From the IMG/VR virus record IMGVR_UViG_3300023214_000125, positions 1 through 56,431 of that record: a stretch of DNA of 56,431 nucleotides. One strand, given 5' to 3'. Position 1 is the first letter of the stretch. Every line of letters begins with the position of its first letter. Shown here in pieces: positions 17,067 to 27,363 of the stretch. A program made the translations under genes and the position numbers. The notes beneath the pieces are model-generated. The model worked only from the letters and a program-made list of their open reading frames with translations. It searched no databases and had not been told where the DNA came from. The DNA is from a virus. Its lineage: Duplodnaviria > Caudoviricetes.

Positions 17067-18026
17067 TTAGCTCACCGCACCACTGAAGAAGTAGCCGAGA
17101 TCGCTCGCCACAATTTTGTTATCGAACGCGATTTCACCCTCGATGCGTTCGGCCTTGAGGTGGGCCATCTCGAACCGGCTGAGGCCGACCTGTGCGCCTA
17201 GGCCCCCGCTCACGCCTTCCCACTCGAAAATGTATCCCGCGGATGGAGCCAGCAGGCCAGGCGTCGGGTTGACATAACCGAGCCATGCGTGTTTTCCATG
17301 TGTAAACGAATAGGCCGCCGTCTCGCCTTCGGTGTTGGTGGCCTTGATGGCTTTGGCGACGTACACATTTTCGAGGTCGAAAAAAGCAGCCATCATCTGT
17401 TCCGTGATGTTCTCGGGACTCGTATATTTGAACCGGTCCACCAGGTCGGGGTGGTACTTCAATTTGCGAAATGTCTGGTAGCCAAGCACTAACGTATTGG
17501 GCAGAAACCCGGTGGTCGATAGCACCGTCTCCTTGCCGGTTTCAATGTTGTCGATTGGGTCGCTGGTAGCGTAGGTGCTCCAATAGGTGAAATCCGTGTC
17601 GCCCACCACGTCGGTACCCCACACCCCAGTGGTAAATGCATCACTCACCCACTGAACTTCCTGTCGCAGCAACATGCGTTGTGTGACAAATTGCGTTGCC
17701 TCGTTGTCAAGGTTCAGTGGATTGTCCGCATTGGCGCGAGTTTGATAACCGATGTCCTTGTGAAATGCCCACACGTCGCAACTGTACGACGCGGTGCTTA
17801 GTCCATAGCCACTGCCGGCCGACTCAGTAGCATCTGGGCGGCGTTGCGCTTCATCACGAAACCAGTCGTTTTTGGTATATGTGAAATATTTGTCAGATTG
17901 TTTCACCACCGGCACGTTCGGAAAAACGCGGTTGGCGATAAAGTGGTCCTGCATCTGGATATAGGCGACACTAATGTTGGTCAAAATCGAATCAACATGC
18001 ACGTCGCTCCGTGTTGGCTGTGCCAT
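17067..18026 (-). CDS. Major capsid protein (lambda gpE-like HK97 fold)
   Basis: VDSILTNISVAY, FIANRVFPNVPV, PNTLVLG and GYFFSGAV motifs. Confidence 0.9.
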   Translation of the reverse strand: MAQPTRSDVHVDSILTNISVAYIQMQDHFIANRVFPNVPVVKQSDKYFTYTKNDWFRDEAQRRPDATESAGSGYGLSTASYSCDVWAFHKDIGYQTRANADNPLNLDNEATQFVTQRMLLRQEVQWVSDAFTTGVWGTDVVGDTDFTYWSTYATSDPIDNIETGKETVLSTTGFLPNTLVLGYQTFRKLKYHPDLVDRFKYTSPENITEQMMAAFFDLENVYVAKAIKATNTEGETAAYSFTHGKHAWLGYVNPTPGLLAPSAGYIFEWEGVSGGLGAQVGLSRFEMAHLKAERIEGEIAFDNKIVASDLGYFFSGAVS

Positions 18027-18041
18027 CGTCTAATCTCCTAT

Positions 18042-18437
18042 CTACGCCGCGCGCGCCGGGGCGGCGCAGTTGACAACCGCCGTAGCAATCCCGCCGGCAG
18101 CCCCGTTGCCATTAAGCACCTGACCGGCAATATAGACCGTTGTTTCAGTGCCCACCGTCACAGCTTGGGCCTGCCCATCGGCACTCGTACCAATGATATT
18201 ACCGTAATCCAAATCCTCGTCGCCGCTGACCTTGGTTACTCCGATGCAAACAATCTCGGCCTCCTCACCGGATTCCGGCTTGTTCTGCAATACGCCCACC
18301 GGCACGTCTGTGACAGCAGCACAAAAAGTAACTGTTTTTTCGCCGCTCATTTTCACGAAGTAATACTGTTTCGCGCTCAAGTCAGCCGAAGCAGTCAGAC
18401 CGGTCAACTTTAAGCAACATGGTCCTTCCCATGCCAT
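18042..18437 (-). CDS. Capsid decoration/cement protein
   Basis: 131 aa upstream of the capsid gene; GVLQNKP motif. Confidence 0.75.
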   Translation of the reverse strand: MAWEGPCCLKLTGLTASADLSAKQYYFVKMSGEKTVTFCAAVTDVPVGVLQNKPESGEEAEIVCIGVTKVSGDEDLDYGNIIGTSADGQAQAVTVGTETTVYIAGQVLNGNGAAGGIATAVVNCAAPARAA

Positions 18438-18439
18438 GA

Positions 18440-19852
18440 TTATTTACCCTCCCGATGCGCAGCGTACAGCTCAGGATAAATCTGCGCGGCGCGCATAATG
18501 GCCTGTTCCTTGCTCAGGCTCGCGTCATTTTCCATTAGTTCGCGCGCTTTGCGCTCTAATTGCTGTGTAGCTGTCTCGTCGACTGGCTCGCGGTCACTGC
18601 CCACCTCAGCGAACAGTTGACCAGTACTGAGCTGCTCGGCCAGCGCATTCTGCGTTTCCACGTAGGCAGCAAATGCGTCGCCATCCTCCTCCAATGCGGA
18701 TAGAATGGCAACATGCTTGGCAGGCTCACCTGGCCAGCTTTCGCACAGCTCGGCGAACCGCTTGCGCTGCGCCTCCTCTTCCAGCTTCGCCACGCGCTCG
18801 TTGGATGAATCCAGCGCATCTTGGAATTTTTGTGCGCGCTGCTCGGCCTCCTTGCGTGCCTCCGCCTCTTCTGCAAGCTGTGCCTTAAGTCCGGTAAGTT
18901 CGTCGTCGACATCCGACATGTCCACCGTAATCTCGGTCACGTCCTGCCTTGGCTCTTGGTCTTTAGCCATTGCAAATTCTCCTAAATCCACCTCACGAGC
19001 GCTGAAGTATTTCAGCGCAAAATCAAATGCCTTCTCCGGCGAGATTCCGTACTCTTGTAGTAGCCGGTCCAGGTCGCCAAACACCTGCTCCGAAAGCTGA
19101 TTAGTTGCCCACAGCGACGCAGAGAACATGCCGTCACGGTTGGCTGCTGGCTCGTCCACTACGTCGCACGCTACGAAATCCTTGATGCGCGCTACCGGGT
19201 AGCGGGTGGTGGCGTTGTCCGGGCGCTTACGTCGATTGCCATCCCCGTCTATCATGCCTACCTCGGAACCATCCTCCAGCGTCCACACGCGTTCGGTGTC
19301 GATCACCACCGACATACCAAACATGTCGGGCTCCTGTTCGGCCAGGTCCATCACGTACTCGGCCAGGTTGCCGCCGGGCGCTTTCGCTGCCGTCTTTGAC
19401 AGATGCAGGTCCGCTTTTGCCTTGTCGCCATCCACCCGGAAGTTACGCAGCCGGCCCAGGTATTTGCCTAGCCCGTCGGACGATAAGCCCGGATGCGTAA
19501 ACCGGCTTTTGATGCCGCGCCTTGCCGAGTTTCCGTGTTCAACAATTTGCTCGATGGTTGTTTCGTCAAGCTGCGTGTTGTGGCCCAGTGCCTCAACTGC
19601 CTGCGCACACGATACGCCACGCAGTACGCGAGCATCACGGTCTATTTGTTCCACGCCGCGAATGGGCAGCGTGCGGAATCGCTGAATACTCATGGCGCTC
19701 TGTTCGTCCTCATCCGCCTCGATGGCTGCTATTTGGCGCTGTGCCGCCGCCTCCGACTCATGACAGCCCATCACCTCGCCATCATTGTCTTTGATGACTG
19801 CATGTGGTCGAGAAGCAGGGCATTCGTCGCTTGTGCCGACGCTGTAGGGCAT
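18440..19852 (-). CDS. Prohead protease-scaffold fusion
   Basis: SRFTH, GMSVV and DVVDEPAA protease-like motifs plus coiled-coil tail; internal SD plus ATG at 18970. Confidence 0.8.
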   Translation of the reverse strand: MPYSVGTSDECPASRPHAVIKDNDGEVMGCHESEAAAQRQIAAIEADEDEQSAMSIQRFRTLPIRGVEQIDRDARVLRGVSCAQAVEALGHNTQLDETTIEQIVEHGNSARRGIKSRFTHPGLSSDGLGKYLGRLRNFRVDGDKAKADLHLSKTAAKAPGGNLAEYVMDLAEQEPDMFGMSVVIDTERVWTLEDGSEVGMIDGDGNRRKRPDNATTRYPVARIKDFVACDVVDEPAANRDGMFSASLWATNQLSEQVFGDLDRLLQEYGISPEKAFDFALKYFSAREVDLGEFAMAKDQEPRQDVTEITVDMSDVDDELTGLKAQLAEEAEARKEAEQRAQKFQDALDSSNERVAKLEEEAQRKRFAELCESWPGEPAKHVAILSALEEDGDAFAAYVETQNALAEQLSTGQLFAEVGSDREPVDETATQQLERKARELMENDASLSKEQAIMRAAQIYPELYAAHREGK

Positions 19853-19878
19853 AGCTCACTTGCTCTGACTCAAGGTAA

Positions 19879-19925
19879 TAAAAAACGGGGCGATACGTAG
19901 ACCAAGTATCTACGTATCGCCCCGT
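19879..19925 (-). terminator. 17-bp perfect hairpin with U-tract
   Basis: ACGGGGCGATACGTAGA / TCTACGTATCGCCCCGT followed by TTTTT on the minus strand. Confidence 0.75.
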
Positions 19926-19946
19926 GGTTGCCCTCTGGACGTGTAT

Positions 19947-20153
19947 TTATTCTGCGAGTTTGCGGCGTTGTTTGCCAGTCATCAGCGGCGGGTAGCCGAG
20001 CAACCTGCGCAATTGGTGTAGTCGCTCAATCAGGTTGCTGTGCTCTTGCTCCAGGTCTTCCCGCTGCACAATGATGCAATCTCGCTCAGTTTCTTGTATT
20101 GTAGCACGTTTGCTAGCTCTGTTCAACCTACGTTGCATACCGAATTTATCCAT
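19947..20153 (-). CDS. Hypothetical protein
   Basis: 68 aa ORF within the operon. Confidence 0.55.
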   Translation of the reverse strand: MDKFGMQRRLNRASKRATIQETERDCIIVQREDLEQEHSNLIERLHQLRRLLGYPPLMTGKQRRKLAE

Positions 20154-20156
20154 TGC

Positions 20157-20483
20157 CTACGCCTCTATCGCCTCTTGCACTTCGCGCCATTCGTGCCGTC
20201 GTTGCTCACTGCGCGCGTAAATCTCCGCTGGCACAACCACGCCGAACACAAACACATGGCTACATTCGACGCATTTCACCGCCACGTCGCAGCGAAATGG
20301 ATTGCTCTTACCTGGTCGCCGGTGGAAATGGTGATGGCGCAACTGTATTTCGTCACTGCCGCAAACGGGACATACGAGCGTCCACGCGGGCATGGGATAG
20401 ATGCCGCCAAGAATCTGCCAGCGCCGATTGATGTGTTCGGCCACTTCGTCGGGACTAAGCGACGGAAATAGATTTTGGCTCAT
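20157..20483 (-). CDS. Zn-ribbon protein
   Basis: CPVC...KCVEC; ATGA-coupled start. Confidence 0.6.
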   Translation of the reverse strand: MSQNLFPSLSPDEVAEHINRRWQILGGIYPMPAWTLVCPVCGSDEIQLRHHHFHRRPGKSNPFRCDVAVKCVECSHVFVFGVVVPAEIYARSEQRRHEWREVQEAIEA

Positions 20484-21151
20484 GTCCTGCGTTTCGTTCC
20501 TATCCATTCGCCCATGACGCTTGACAGTACCTCAGTGCGCTCGAACCGGCACTTACAATTCGTCAAGCACACGGACTGTCGTCCGGGTGGCGGAAGTTGG
20601 CCGAGCCGCTGCCACCCCTGGTCGTAGAAATCTATGCAGTCCTCGCAGTGTTCTGCTATACCCAACATCCTACGCTCTAGCGCCACATTACCCGCCCCCG
20701 GCGCCGGTACGCGTTCGCGCTCCGTCTCCCAAAACTCGACGCGGGCGTTGCCGATGTACAAATTCGTGCGATTGAGCGCTTGCCCAATAGTCAGGGTGCC
20801 ATCTTGGATGTCCCGCGCAAATGATTCGAGGCGCTGGTAGTCGGCCCGCAAGTTGCCACCCACGCGCCCAAACTCGCGCGGCCCTAATCGGTCCCATCCA
20901 CCGGCTCCCAATGCCGCATTTTGCAAATGCAGACGCCGCAACTGCGTGCGCATCTGCTCCACCCACACAGAGCCAGACAACCGCCCCTCGTGGTACGCCG
21001 TGGTCAGTTCGCCGAGCCGTTGCTCTGCGCCGATCACCTGGTCGTCGAGCAGGCCCAGTATGCGCGATCGGGCGACAAAGCGCCCCGTTCGATTATCCAC
21101 GTAGCGCGCGGCGCGTTGGTTCCAGCGATAGCCCGGCAGTATGTCGGCCAC
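20480..21151 (-). CDS. Minor head protein (Mu gpF/SPP1 gp7-like)
   Basis: HCEDC...PPPG...CLTNCKC C-terminus; after portal. Confidence 0.75.
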   Translation of the reverse strand: MADILPGYRWNQRAARYVDNRTGRFVARSRILGLLDDQVIGAEQRLGELTTAYHEGRLSGSVWVEQMRTQLRRLHLQNAALGAGGWDRLGPREFGRVGGNLRADYQRLESFARDIQDGTLTIGQALNRTNLYIGNARVEFWETERERVPAPGAGNVALERRMLGIAEHCEDCIDFYDQGWQRLGQLPPPGRQSVCLTNCKCRFERTEVLSSVMGEWIGTKRRT

Positions 21152-21432
21152 TACACATTATCCTCATCAAGTTGCGCGTCCAGCAAACGCTTGAAACGTG
21201 CCGGTATGCGGTCACTTGCGTACCAATCCACGCGCGCATCCTGTACGTCTACGGTGTCCAGCTGTGTGACAAGCTGCCACCAACTAGGCACCCACTCCGC
21301 CGGGTCTGCACCGGGCGGCAAGTGAGCCAACACCCAATCTGTGCTACGCTGCGCCTCGCTTGGCTCAATACCAGCGTCAATGAGTATGGTAATTTGCTCC
21401 TCTTGCCAACGTTGATGTGGATTGGGAGCCAT
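21151..21432 (-). CDS. Hypothetical protein
   Basis: 93 aa coupled ORF. Confidence 0.55.
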   Translation of the reverse strand: MAPNPHQRWQEEQITILIDAGIEPSEAQRSTDWVLAHLPPGADPAEWVPSWWQLVTQLDTVDVQDARVDWYASDRIPARFKRLLDAQLDEDNV

Positions 21433-22812
21433 CTATCCACGCTCCAGCACACGCTGCGCCGCTTGCAACAGGGCAGCCATCTCCGCATCGGTCATATCGT
21501 CGTCGGACGGCTGTGGTTGTGCCGGCTCCATGCTGCGCGGTGCCATTTCATCCGAACGCAGTGGCAGGTCCGCTTGCTGGCGTATGTGCTGCTCCAGATC
21601 GTTATCCGGCACAATGACGCTCGACCCGCTCATCTTGCTCACGAACTCGCCGAGCGTACCTAAATTGATTTTGCCAATCTTCCCGTGGGTCAACATGGGC
21701 ATTTCCTCTACCGACACGCCGTTGAGACGCAGTAGCCGCGGGATGGCGTGCCGATTGATGATATCTGCTATCGAGTCCATCCATGCTGTGAGCGCAGTTG
21801 TGAATAGGTCACTCTTGTCCTGACTCAGTGAGTAGCTGCCCACCTGTTCATGGCCTAGCAGAATAAAATCCGCCATGATAGTCATGGCAATACGCTGGTC
21901 GTAGCGCCCGATAATGCCATCGGTGTCGAATTGCCGAGCACCGCCCGTGGACAGCAGTTTCAGGTCATACAGCATATTGCCGTTCTCATCGTAGGCGAGT
22001 GGCCACACGACACCTTCCTGTTCGTCGCGGCGAATGTTGGTGACAATTTCCTGAATGGCGGTCAGCATAGTTGACTGCCCGCTCGTAGCGTCGCTGCTCA
22101 ATAATTCGGGCGGCACGAATGCCACCGGCAATCCGGCCAGGTCGCGCTCGATGCCGATACCCTCGATATTTTCGATGTTTGCTTTGAAATACCAAGGCCG
22201 GTATGCGCTGCGCAGCACGCTGCGTCCTTCTGGATTGCCCTTGCGCGCGGTGGTGCGAAACAGAAGTGCCTTCTCGATAGGAATAGTTGCCCGGTTGTAA
22301 TTCGGCGGGGCATTCTGCACCATCGCCTGTACGCCGCCATCCTCATCGAATATCCAGCGGTCAAGCGTATCCTGCGCTCGAATACTCCATTTGCGCCACC
22401 CAATACGCCCGTCTGAAAAAAAGCTGCGTTGCGTCGGATCGTCGCTTTCCGGTCCGCCGCGCCGCTTATAGACTAGCTCCAGATACGCCCATCCGTATGG
22501 TAGCATGGTCAGGATTTCGGACAGTGTATCCGCCCAGGTCAGCGACATGTCATGTAGCGCGCCCTCCACGAACTTGGCCGCTTCCACGTCGTCGGGTGCG
22601 TCGGTCGGTGCCTCTACCTGCCACGACACTTGGCGCATGAGCATCTCAACTGCGAAAAGGATGGCACCAACAACCGGGTCCTGGCTGGACATCTCGCGCA
22701 CGACGCGATGCCAGCGCGGACCGCGCAGCTCGCGCAAAAACTCCTCATCTACGCGGCCAGAGTAGCGACGCAATCCGGTGGAACCAAGTTCGCGCATTAT
22801 CGGTGATGCCAT
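21433..22812 (-). CDS. Portal protein (DUF935/Mu gp29-like)
   Basis: After TerL; YGWAYLELV, NPEGRSVLR and GSYSLS motifs. Confidence 0.9.
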   Translation of the reverse strand: MASPIMRELGSTGLRRYSGRVDEEFLRELRGPRWHRVVREMSSQDPVVGAILFAVEMLMRQVSWQVEAPTDAPDDVEAAKFVEGALHDMSLTWADTLSEILTMLPYGWAYLELVYKRRGGPESDDPTQRSFFSDGRIGWRKWSIRAQDTLDRWIFDEDGGVQAMVQNAPPNYNRATIPIEKALLFRTTARKGNPEGRSVLRSAYRPWYFKANIENIEGIGIERDLAGLPVAFVPPELLSSDATSGQSTMLTAIQEIVTNIRRDEQEGVVWPLAYDENGNMLYDLKLLSTGGARQFDTDGIIGRYDQRIAMTIMADFILLGHEQVGSYSLSQDKSDLFTTALTAWMDSIADIINRHAIPRLLRLNGVSVEEMPMLTHGKIGKINLGTLGEFVSKMSGSSVIVPDNDLEQHIRQQADLPLRSDEMAPRSMEPAQPQPSDDDMTDAEMAALLQAAQRVLERG

Positions 22813-22851
22813 GCTTACGTGTCCCGTCGGTAATATCGAAATGGCGCCATA

Positions 22852-24093
22852 TCACATCCTCCACGTTGATTGTTTTGTCATACCGCCGAGGTCGAGGTCG
22901 GTAGGTACGCGACGCATCGATAGCCCATGCCACGCTAGCGCCAGCGACATCACGCAGTCATCATGCATCCCGGCCGGCGCATTGTAGCGAATCATGCCAG
23001 ACGGCAGACGCTCCAGCTCGTACGCCTGCAGCTCACCTATCAGTACATCATCCGGCATGATGGTGATGTCGCCCTGCTCGAACGCCAGGGCCAATGACTC
23101 GACAGCCTCAGCCTTCGTGGCGTTTGTCGTCTGAAATCCCCGTACCGGGAGCCCTCTGCGTTGTAACTGCTCCAACAAGGGCTCACCCATGCTATTTCGT
23201 TCGGCGATGATGGCCTGTGGCTGAAACCTTTCATACAGTCCGTGGAGGCGTTCAAGTTGCACCTGATAATCAATCTGATTAAAGCGATCCATGCACACCA
23301 GTGCTCTCGCCTGCACATCGACAACGGTGATGACGGTCCAATCGGCGGACTTCGCCCAATCCACGCCGAAAATATACTGCCGCCCACTCTGCGCCCGCTC
23401 CACGGTTTCTCCGCTTGCGGCGTCCATCACGCGACGAAATACCAAGCCCGCATCTTCGATAAATTCAGCAAGAAACTCTTGCCGAAACACGCTTTCCGGC
23501 AACTGTGTCTTGGCTGCGTCAATCTCGGCGTCGTCTACATAGGGATTGTCATAGCTCGTGAAATGCCATGCCTGCCACTCGTTGCCGTCGTTCTGAGCGC
23601 GCTGGTGCAATTTGTGAAACCAGTTGCGGCCCTTCGGCGTGCTGATGAAATAGGAACGTCCCTGCCGGTCGGACAACGCCGGGCGCAATGCTTCAGTCCA
23701 GGCATCTTCTTTGATAAATGCACACTCATCCATCACGATAAAATCCAGCCCCTCGCCGCGTAATGAGTCGGGCTTGTCTGCACTGCGCACTTGCACCCAT
23801 CCGCCCCCGGGAAACTCAATCTGCTTATTGACCTCGCTCTTATCCGTGCCGGGCACCTGCTGCCCCAGGTGCTTAAGCATTCGCCAACCGACTGCGGCCA
23901 TTGGGTACGACGGAGCCACCCACCACGCCCGACCACCGCGCAATGCCTCGACGATGCAGCGTAGCGAACCCATGCGCGATTTGCCCCACCGACGCCCGCA
24001 AGCCAATACGTGAAAGCGAGCGCCGTGCTGCCACACCTCTCGCTGTCCTGGGTGCAGGGTCGGTAGACTAATCGTCATCGTCGGCATGGTCAC
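22852..24093 (-). CDS. terL: Terminase large subunit
   Basis: GRRWGKS Walker A, FIVMDE Walker B, STPKG, GVDWA, HDDCVMSLA. Confidence 0.95.
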   Translation of the reverse strand: MTMPTMTISLPTLHPGQREVWQHGARFHVLACGRRWGKSRMGSLRCIVEALRGGRAWWVAPSYPMAAVGWRMLKHLGQQVPGTDKSEVNKQIEFPGGGWVQVRSADKPDSLRGEGLDFIVMDECAFIKEDAWTEALRPALSDRQGRSYFISTPKGRNWFHKLHQRAQNDGNEWQAWHFTSYDNPYVDDAEIDAAKTQLPESVFRQEFLAEFIEDAGLVFRRVMDAASGETVERAQSGRQYIFGVDWAKSADWTVITVVDVQARALVCMDRFNQIDYQVQLERLHGLYERFQPQAIIAERNSMGEPLLEQLQRRGLPVRGFQTTNATKAEAVESLALAFEQGDITIMPDDVLIGELQAYELERLPSGMIRYNAPAGMHDDCVMSLALAWHGLSMRRVPTDLDLGGMTKQSTWRM

Positions 24094-24436
24094 CCCATGT
24101 GAGTTTGACAGCTATGTCATCACCATCTTTTCCTGTCACTTCGCTGCGCTCCACGTAGCCGCGTTCCTTGCCCTTGGTCGATAGCGTGTACTTGATGGCC
24201 CACGCCTGCCCGTCGTACACAGCGTCACGCAATTTCAGCTCTGCTGTGTCGAGAAACCCTTCTTCCCAATGTTCTCGCGCCACATCCAGGGCATTTTGCA
24301 CGGTGGCGTATCGCTCGGCGTAGTAGTAGACTGTGCGCACCGCCACGCCTAAATCCCGCGCCACTAGGCTGACTTTCCCGCGCGCTTTCCATATGGAGTT
24401 GATTAATTGCTCGCGGTCTAATACTTCAGTAGCCAT
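24068..24436 (-). CDS. terS: Terminase small subunit
   Basis: N-terminal HTH; AIKYTLSTKGKERGY and EVTGKDG motifs; upstream of terL. Confidence 0.8.
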   Translation of the reverse strand: MATEVLDREQLINSIWKARGKVSLVARDLGVAVRTVYYYAERYATVQNALDVAREHWEEGFLDTAELKLRDAVYDGQAWAIKYTLSTKGKERGYVERSEVTGKDGDDIAVKLTWGDHADDDD

Positions 24437-24455
24437 AATATTTGTGCAAAAAGGG

Positions 24456-25673
24456 TCAGTCCATCCGCTCCGGCTGCGTGCCGGTTGCGTCTGTGAAGCG
24501 CTGGAGGACAACTGCCACGTACGCGGCGCTTATCTCAATCGCGCGACATTGCCGGTTGAGTTGCTCGCAGGCCAACAGTGTAGACCCAGAGCCAAGAAAG
24601 AAGTCGGCCACAGTATCACCCTCGTCGGTATAATCAGATAGTACCTTCACAAATAACCCGATGGGCTTCTGTGTGGGGTGAAACCTCTCCTTCTCCTTGC
24701 CTATCAACCCGTTATACTCAAATTCGTACTTCTTGATAGACTTTCTATCGATATTGGTCCAGGCTAACTCGCAATCACCATAAGTAGGCATAGTATTGCA
24801 CTTATCCCACACAAGCCAATGGGACGATGCGGGCAACTTGTCCGCAAAGTTGTTTCCACCCCACAAAATCACCTGAACAGAGTTTTCAAGAATCATTGAG
24901 AAATCTTCCGGCGGCTCATTATCCCAATCATCGCTATACTGTCGCCGCGGGATAGGCTTCCCCTTTCCGGCAAAGGCGGCTTTGCCGGAAAAGCCTTTGT
25001 CCATCTTCACACCGTAAGGAGGGTCGTGCAACCCGACATCCGCCCGCTCCCCACCCATCACTCGCGCCACCACATCCGCATCGGTGCAGTCGCCGCAAAT
25101 GAGCCGGTGTGGTTGCCCCTTGCCGCTATCGAGTAGCCACAGTTGACCCGTATCGACGCCCCACTGCTCACGCAATTCCTCGGCCCGGTCCACCTGTGGC
25201 TCGGCGTCCACCGGCTCGCCCGCGTCGGGATACAGCCCAGCATCCTCCGCCATATCCGCCAACATCTGCTGCAAATGTTCGTCACCGGTGTTCACGTCGT
25301 GTAATAGTTCATCGAGTATCTCGACGTCATGCGTCGCCATGGCCGTAATCGGGTCAAACGTGGCGAGGGCCAGATGCTCTTCGTTTTCGCTCAGGTCCAC
25401 ATACTTGACCGGCACGGATGGTTCACCATTGCGCAAGGCCAGAGTCACGCGCAGATGACCGTCAATAATGTTTCCGCTTTGCTGATTAACGATCACGTCA
25501 TCAATCCAACCAATTTCGTCAAGTGCTCCAGATAGTGCATCCTGTTGAAATTTTGGATGGACCCTAAAGTTTCGTGGGTTGGCAAGCAATTGTTCCGGGT
25601 CTACATTATCGTAGCCACTGATGCGGTTGCGCCACGCGCCTTGGTTGCCGAGCTTATAACTGTCCGCCATCAT
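24456..25673 (-). CDS. ParB-like domain fused to N6-A/N4-C DNA methyltransferase
   Basis: NPRNFRVH and IIDGHLR (ParB-like); DPPY, HPTQKP and DFFLGSGS (MTase). Confidence 0.9.
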   Translation of the reverse strand: MMADSYKLGNQGAWRNRISGYDNVDPEQLLANPRNFRVHPKFQQDALSGALDEIGWIDDVIVNQQSGNIIDGHLRVTLALRNGEPSVPVKYVDLSENEEHLALATFDPITAMATHDVEILDELLHDVNTGDEHLQQMLADMAEDAGLYPDAGEPVDAEPQVDRAEELREQWGVDTGQLWLLDSGKGQPHRLICGDCTDADVVARVMGGERADVGLHDPPYGVKMDKGFSGKAAFAGKGKPIPRRQYSDDWDNEPPEDFSMILENSVQVILWGGNNFADKLPASSHWLVWDKCNTMPTYGDCELAWTNIDRKSIKKYEFEYNGLIGKEKERFHPTQKPIGLFVKVLSDYTDEGDTVADFFLGSGSTLLACEQLNRQCRAIEISAAYVAVVLQRFTDATGTQPERMD

Positions 25674-26002
25674 GCACCTGAACTCGGCGGTAGCGGACGC
25701 GGTGTCGGCGTTGGCTTGTAATGCTCCCGGTCGTACATCTTCGCTCGCGCCCGTGCGTTCACGTCCTTGGCCATGTCGCTGCACTTTTCTGCAATGGAAT
25801 AGCGCGCCTGCTCGCTAATACCACCCGCTAATTCGCGCTGAATAGCCATCGATGCATTAATACAAGCATCATGCACGCCGCGCGTGTAGCCATGCAGCCA
25901 CACCTCATTGGCTGGCACAAGTGGGTGCCTCTCATTGCCGGTCGCCAACAGGGGTGTGCAGGCGGCGCAGAATACGACCAGAAAAATAATCACATATCGC
26001 AT
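25670..26002 (-). CDS. Putative lipoprotein
   Basis: Hydrophobic leader ending CAAC; Pro-rich C-terminus. Confidence 0.55.
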   Translation of the reverse strand: MRYVIIFLVVFCAACTPLLATGNERHPLVPANEVWLHGYTRGVHDACINASMAIQRELAGGISEQARYSIAEKCSDMAKDVNARARAKMYDREHYKPTPTPRPLPPSSGA

Positions 26003-26028
26003 ACAAAATCATCCAATCGAGCGCACAA

Positions 26029-26367
26029 TCACCGGTCGCTTACATACCAATACACTTTGCGGTCAAAGACGCGCCCGGCGGACGTGGGCGCATTGACCTC
26101 GACATACAGCAGCCCAGACGCGGTCGCAGCGGGATTGACCCAAAACGTGATGGACGTGTTCGTGTCAGTGCGACTGTCGTTGTCCACCACGAGCCCGGTC
26201 TGCGCAGTCAGCGTGTACGAGGCAGTCAACGTCTCGCCGTTGGCCAACGCGTCATCCTGCGTCGTATCGCTGCCATTGGTGGTCGCCGCGAAATCGGCCT
26301 TGTAGTCGAAATACTCGTCCGGGTCAATCGGAAATGGGTTCTCCCGCGTGCCATCTGGGTCTGCCAT
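26029..26367 (-). CDS. Putative fibre adaptor protein
   Basis: DPDExxDYxxDF motif seen in phage fibre-adaptor proteins. Confidence 0.55.
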   Translation of the reverse strand: MADPDGTRENPFPIDPDEYFDYKADFAATTNGSDTTQDDALANGETLTASYTLTAQTGLVVDNDSRTDTNTSITFWVNPAATASGLLYVEVNAPTSAGRVFDRKVYWYVSDR

Positions 26368-26368
26368 G

Positions 26369-26584
26369 TCAGCCCCCTATGCGTTCCTCGCAATCAATGC
26401 CCTCGGCTACAGTCACGCCCAATGCGGGCGGAGTCGTCTGCGGCAAGGGCGTTGATTGCAAGCGGTGCACAAGATGTAGAGTAGCACAATCACCTTCTAC
26501 GCGTTTGACCACAAGCACATCGCCGATTGCCACGCCACTGTTCGTCTGCGGCCAAATCACCGTAATTGCATCGTCTATATTCAT
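26369..26584 (-). CDS. Hypothetical protein
   Basis: 71 aa coupled ORF. Confidence 0.5.
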   Translation of the reverse strand: MNIDDAITVIWPQTNSGVAIGDVLVVKRVEGDCATLHLVHRLQSTPLPQTTPPALGVTVAEGIDCEERIGG

Positions 26585-27363
26585 GGATACTGTGTCCCAT
26601 CCATATCAATATGCCGACAAAATATATTCGTATCTACCAGAAATGGATACTGCATTCCCTGGTAATCCGCCCACCCGGCCTTCTCGAAAAATTCATCTTG
26701 CATGATGCGAGTGCACCAGGCCAGGTCACTGGTCCCCTGCGTGACGTTAAATTGCGTCTGCTCCGGATTCATCCATATGTCGCGCGGTGTATTAAACACG
26801 CGCCGGGTCGTCGTGCCGTATACACTGTATGGCTCCGACTCCCCCCACATTGCACGTAGAATACTGCCGTGGATGAGCAGAATACCGGTCGGCACCCCGT
26901 CGCACCACACCAGGTCACCCAACTCGAAACCATCGAAAAACGATGTGCCGCGGCCACGATAAACCAACGGCTCCGATGGCCGCGAGCGGGTGTAGTAAAG
27001 ACCCGACACCACGGGGATATCTGCCTTGCGAATGTACTGATTAATGCGAATGAATGCATCTGGTGGCAACAGTACATCATGCTCGATAAGTAGAAGCCAC
27101 TCAAAATCCTGTTCCACCACCTGCTGCACAATGAGATTCTGTGCGTCGTCCACCTGATAGCGCAGTGGGATGAAGCTGTCTACAAACTGACACATTTGCA
27201 CCATCGACCAGTTTGTAGGGATGATTTGCCCGTAGCGCGCCTGCACCCATTCCATGCGTACAAGTCCGGTAGCCGGTGTGGCCACGAGCAGCCGGTTGAC
27301 ATAGCCAGGGTCGCCACTGTCTCTGATGATGGTGCGATAATCTCGCACGGGGGAATCAATCAT
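26581..27363 (-). CDS. GT-A fold (GT2-like) glycosyltransferase
   Basis: LLVATP, LLLIEHDV (DxD-like), VVSGLY, TSDLAWC and VDTNIFCRH motifs. Confidence 0.75.
   Translation of the reverse strand: MIDSPVRDYRTIIRDSGDPGYVNRLLVATPATGLVRMEWVQARYGQIIPTNWSMVQMCQFVDSFIPLRYQVDDAQNLIVQQVVEQDFEWLLLIEHDVLLPPDAFIRINQYIRKADIPVVSGLYYTRSRPSEPLVYRGRGTSFFDGFELGDLVWCDGVPTGILLIHGSILRAMWGESEPYSVYGTTTRRVFNTPRDIWMNPEQTQFNVTQGTSDLAWCTRIMQDEFFEKAGWADYQGMQYPFLVDTNIFCRHIDMDGTQYP

Noticed and set aside
24456-25673. Plasmid-type partition system
   Set aside because: The ParB-like domain is fused to a methyltransferase beside the terminase, a common phage arrangement; no ParA
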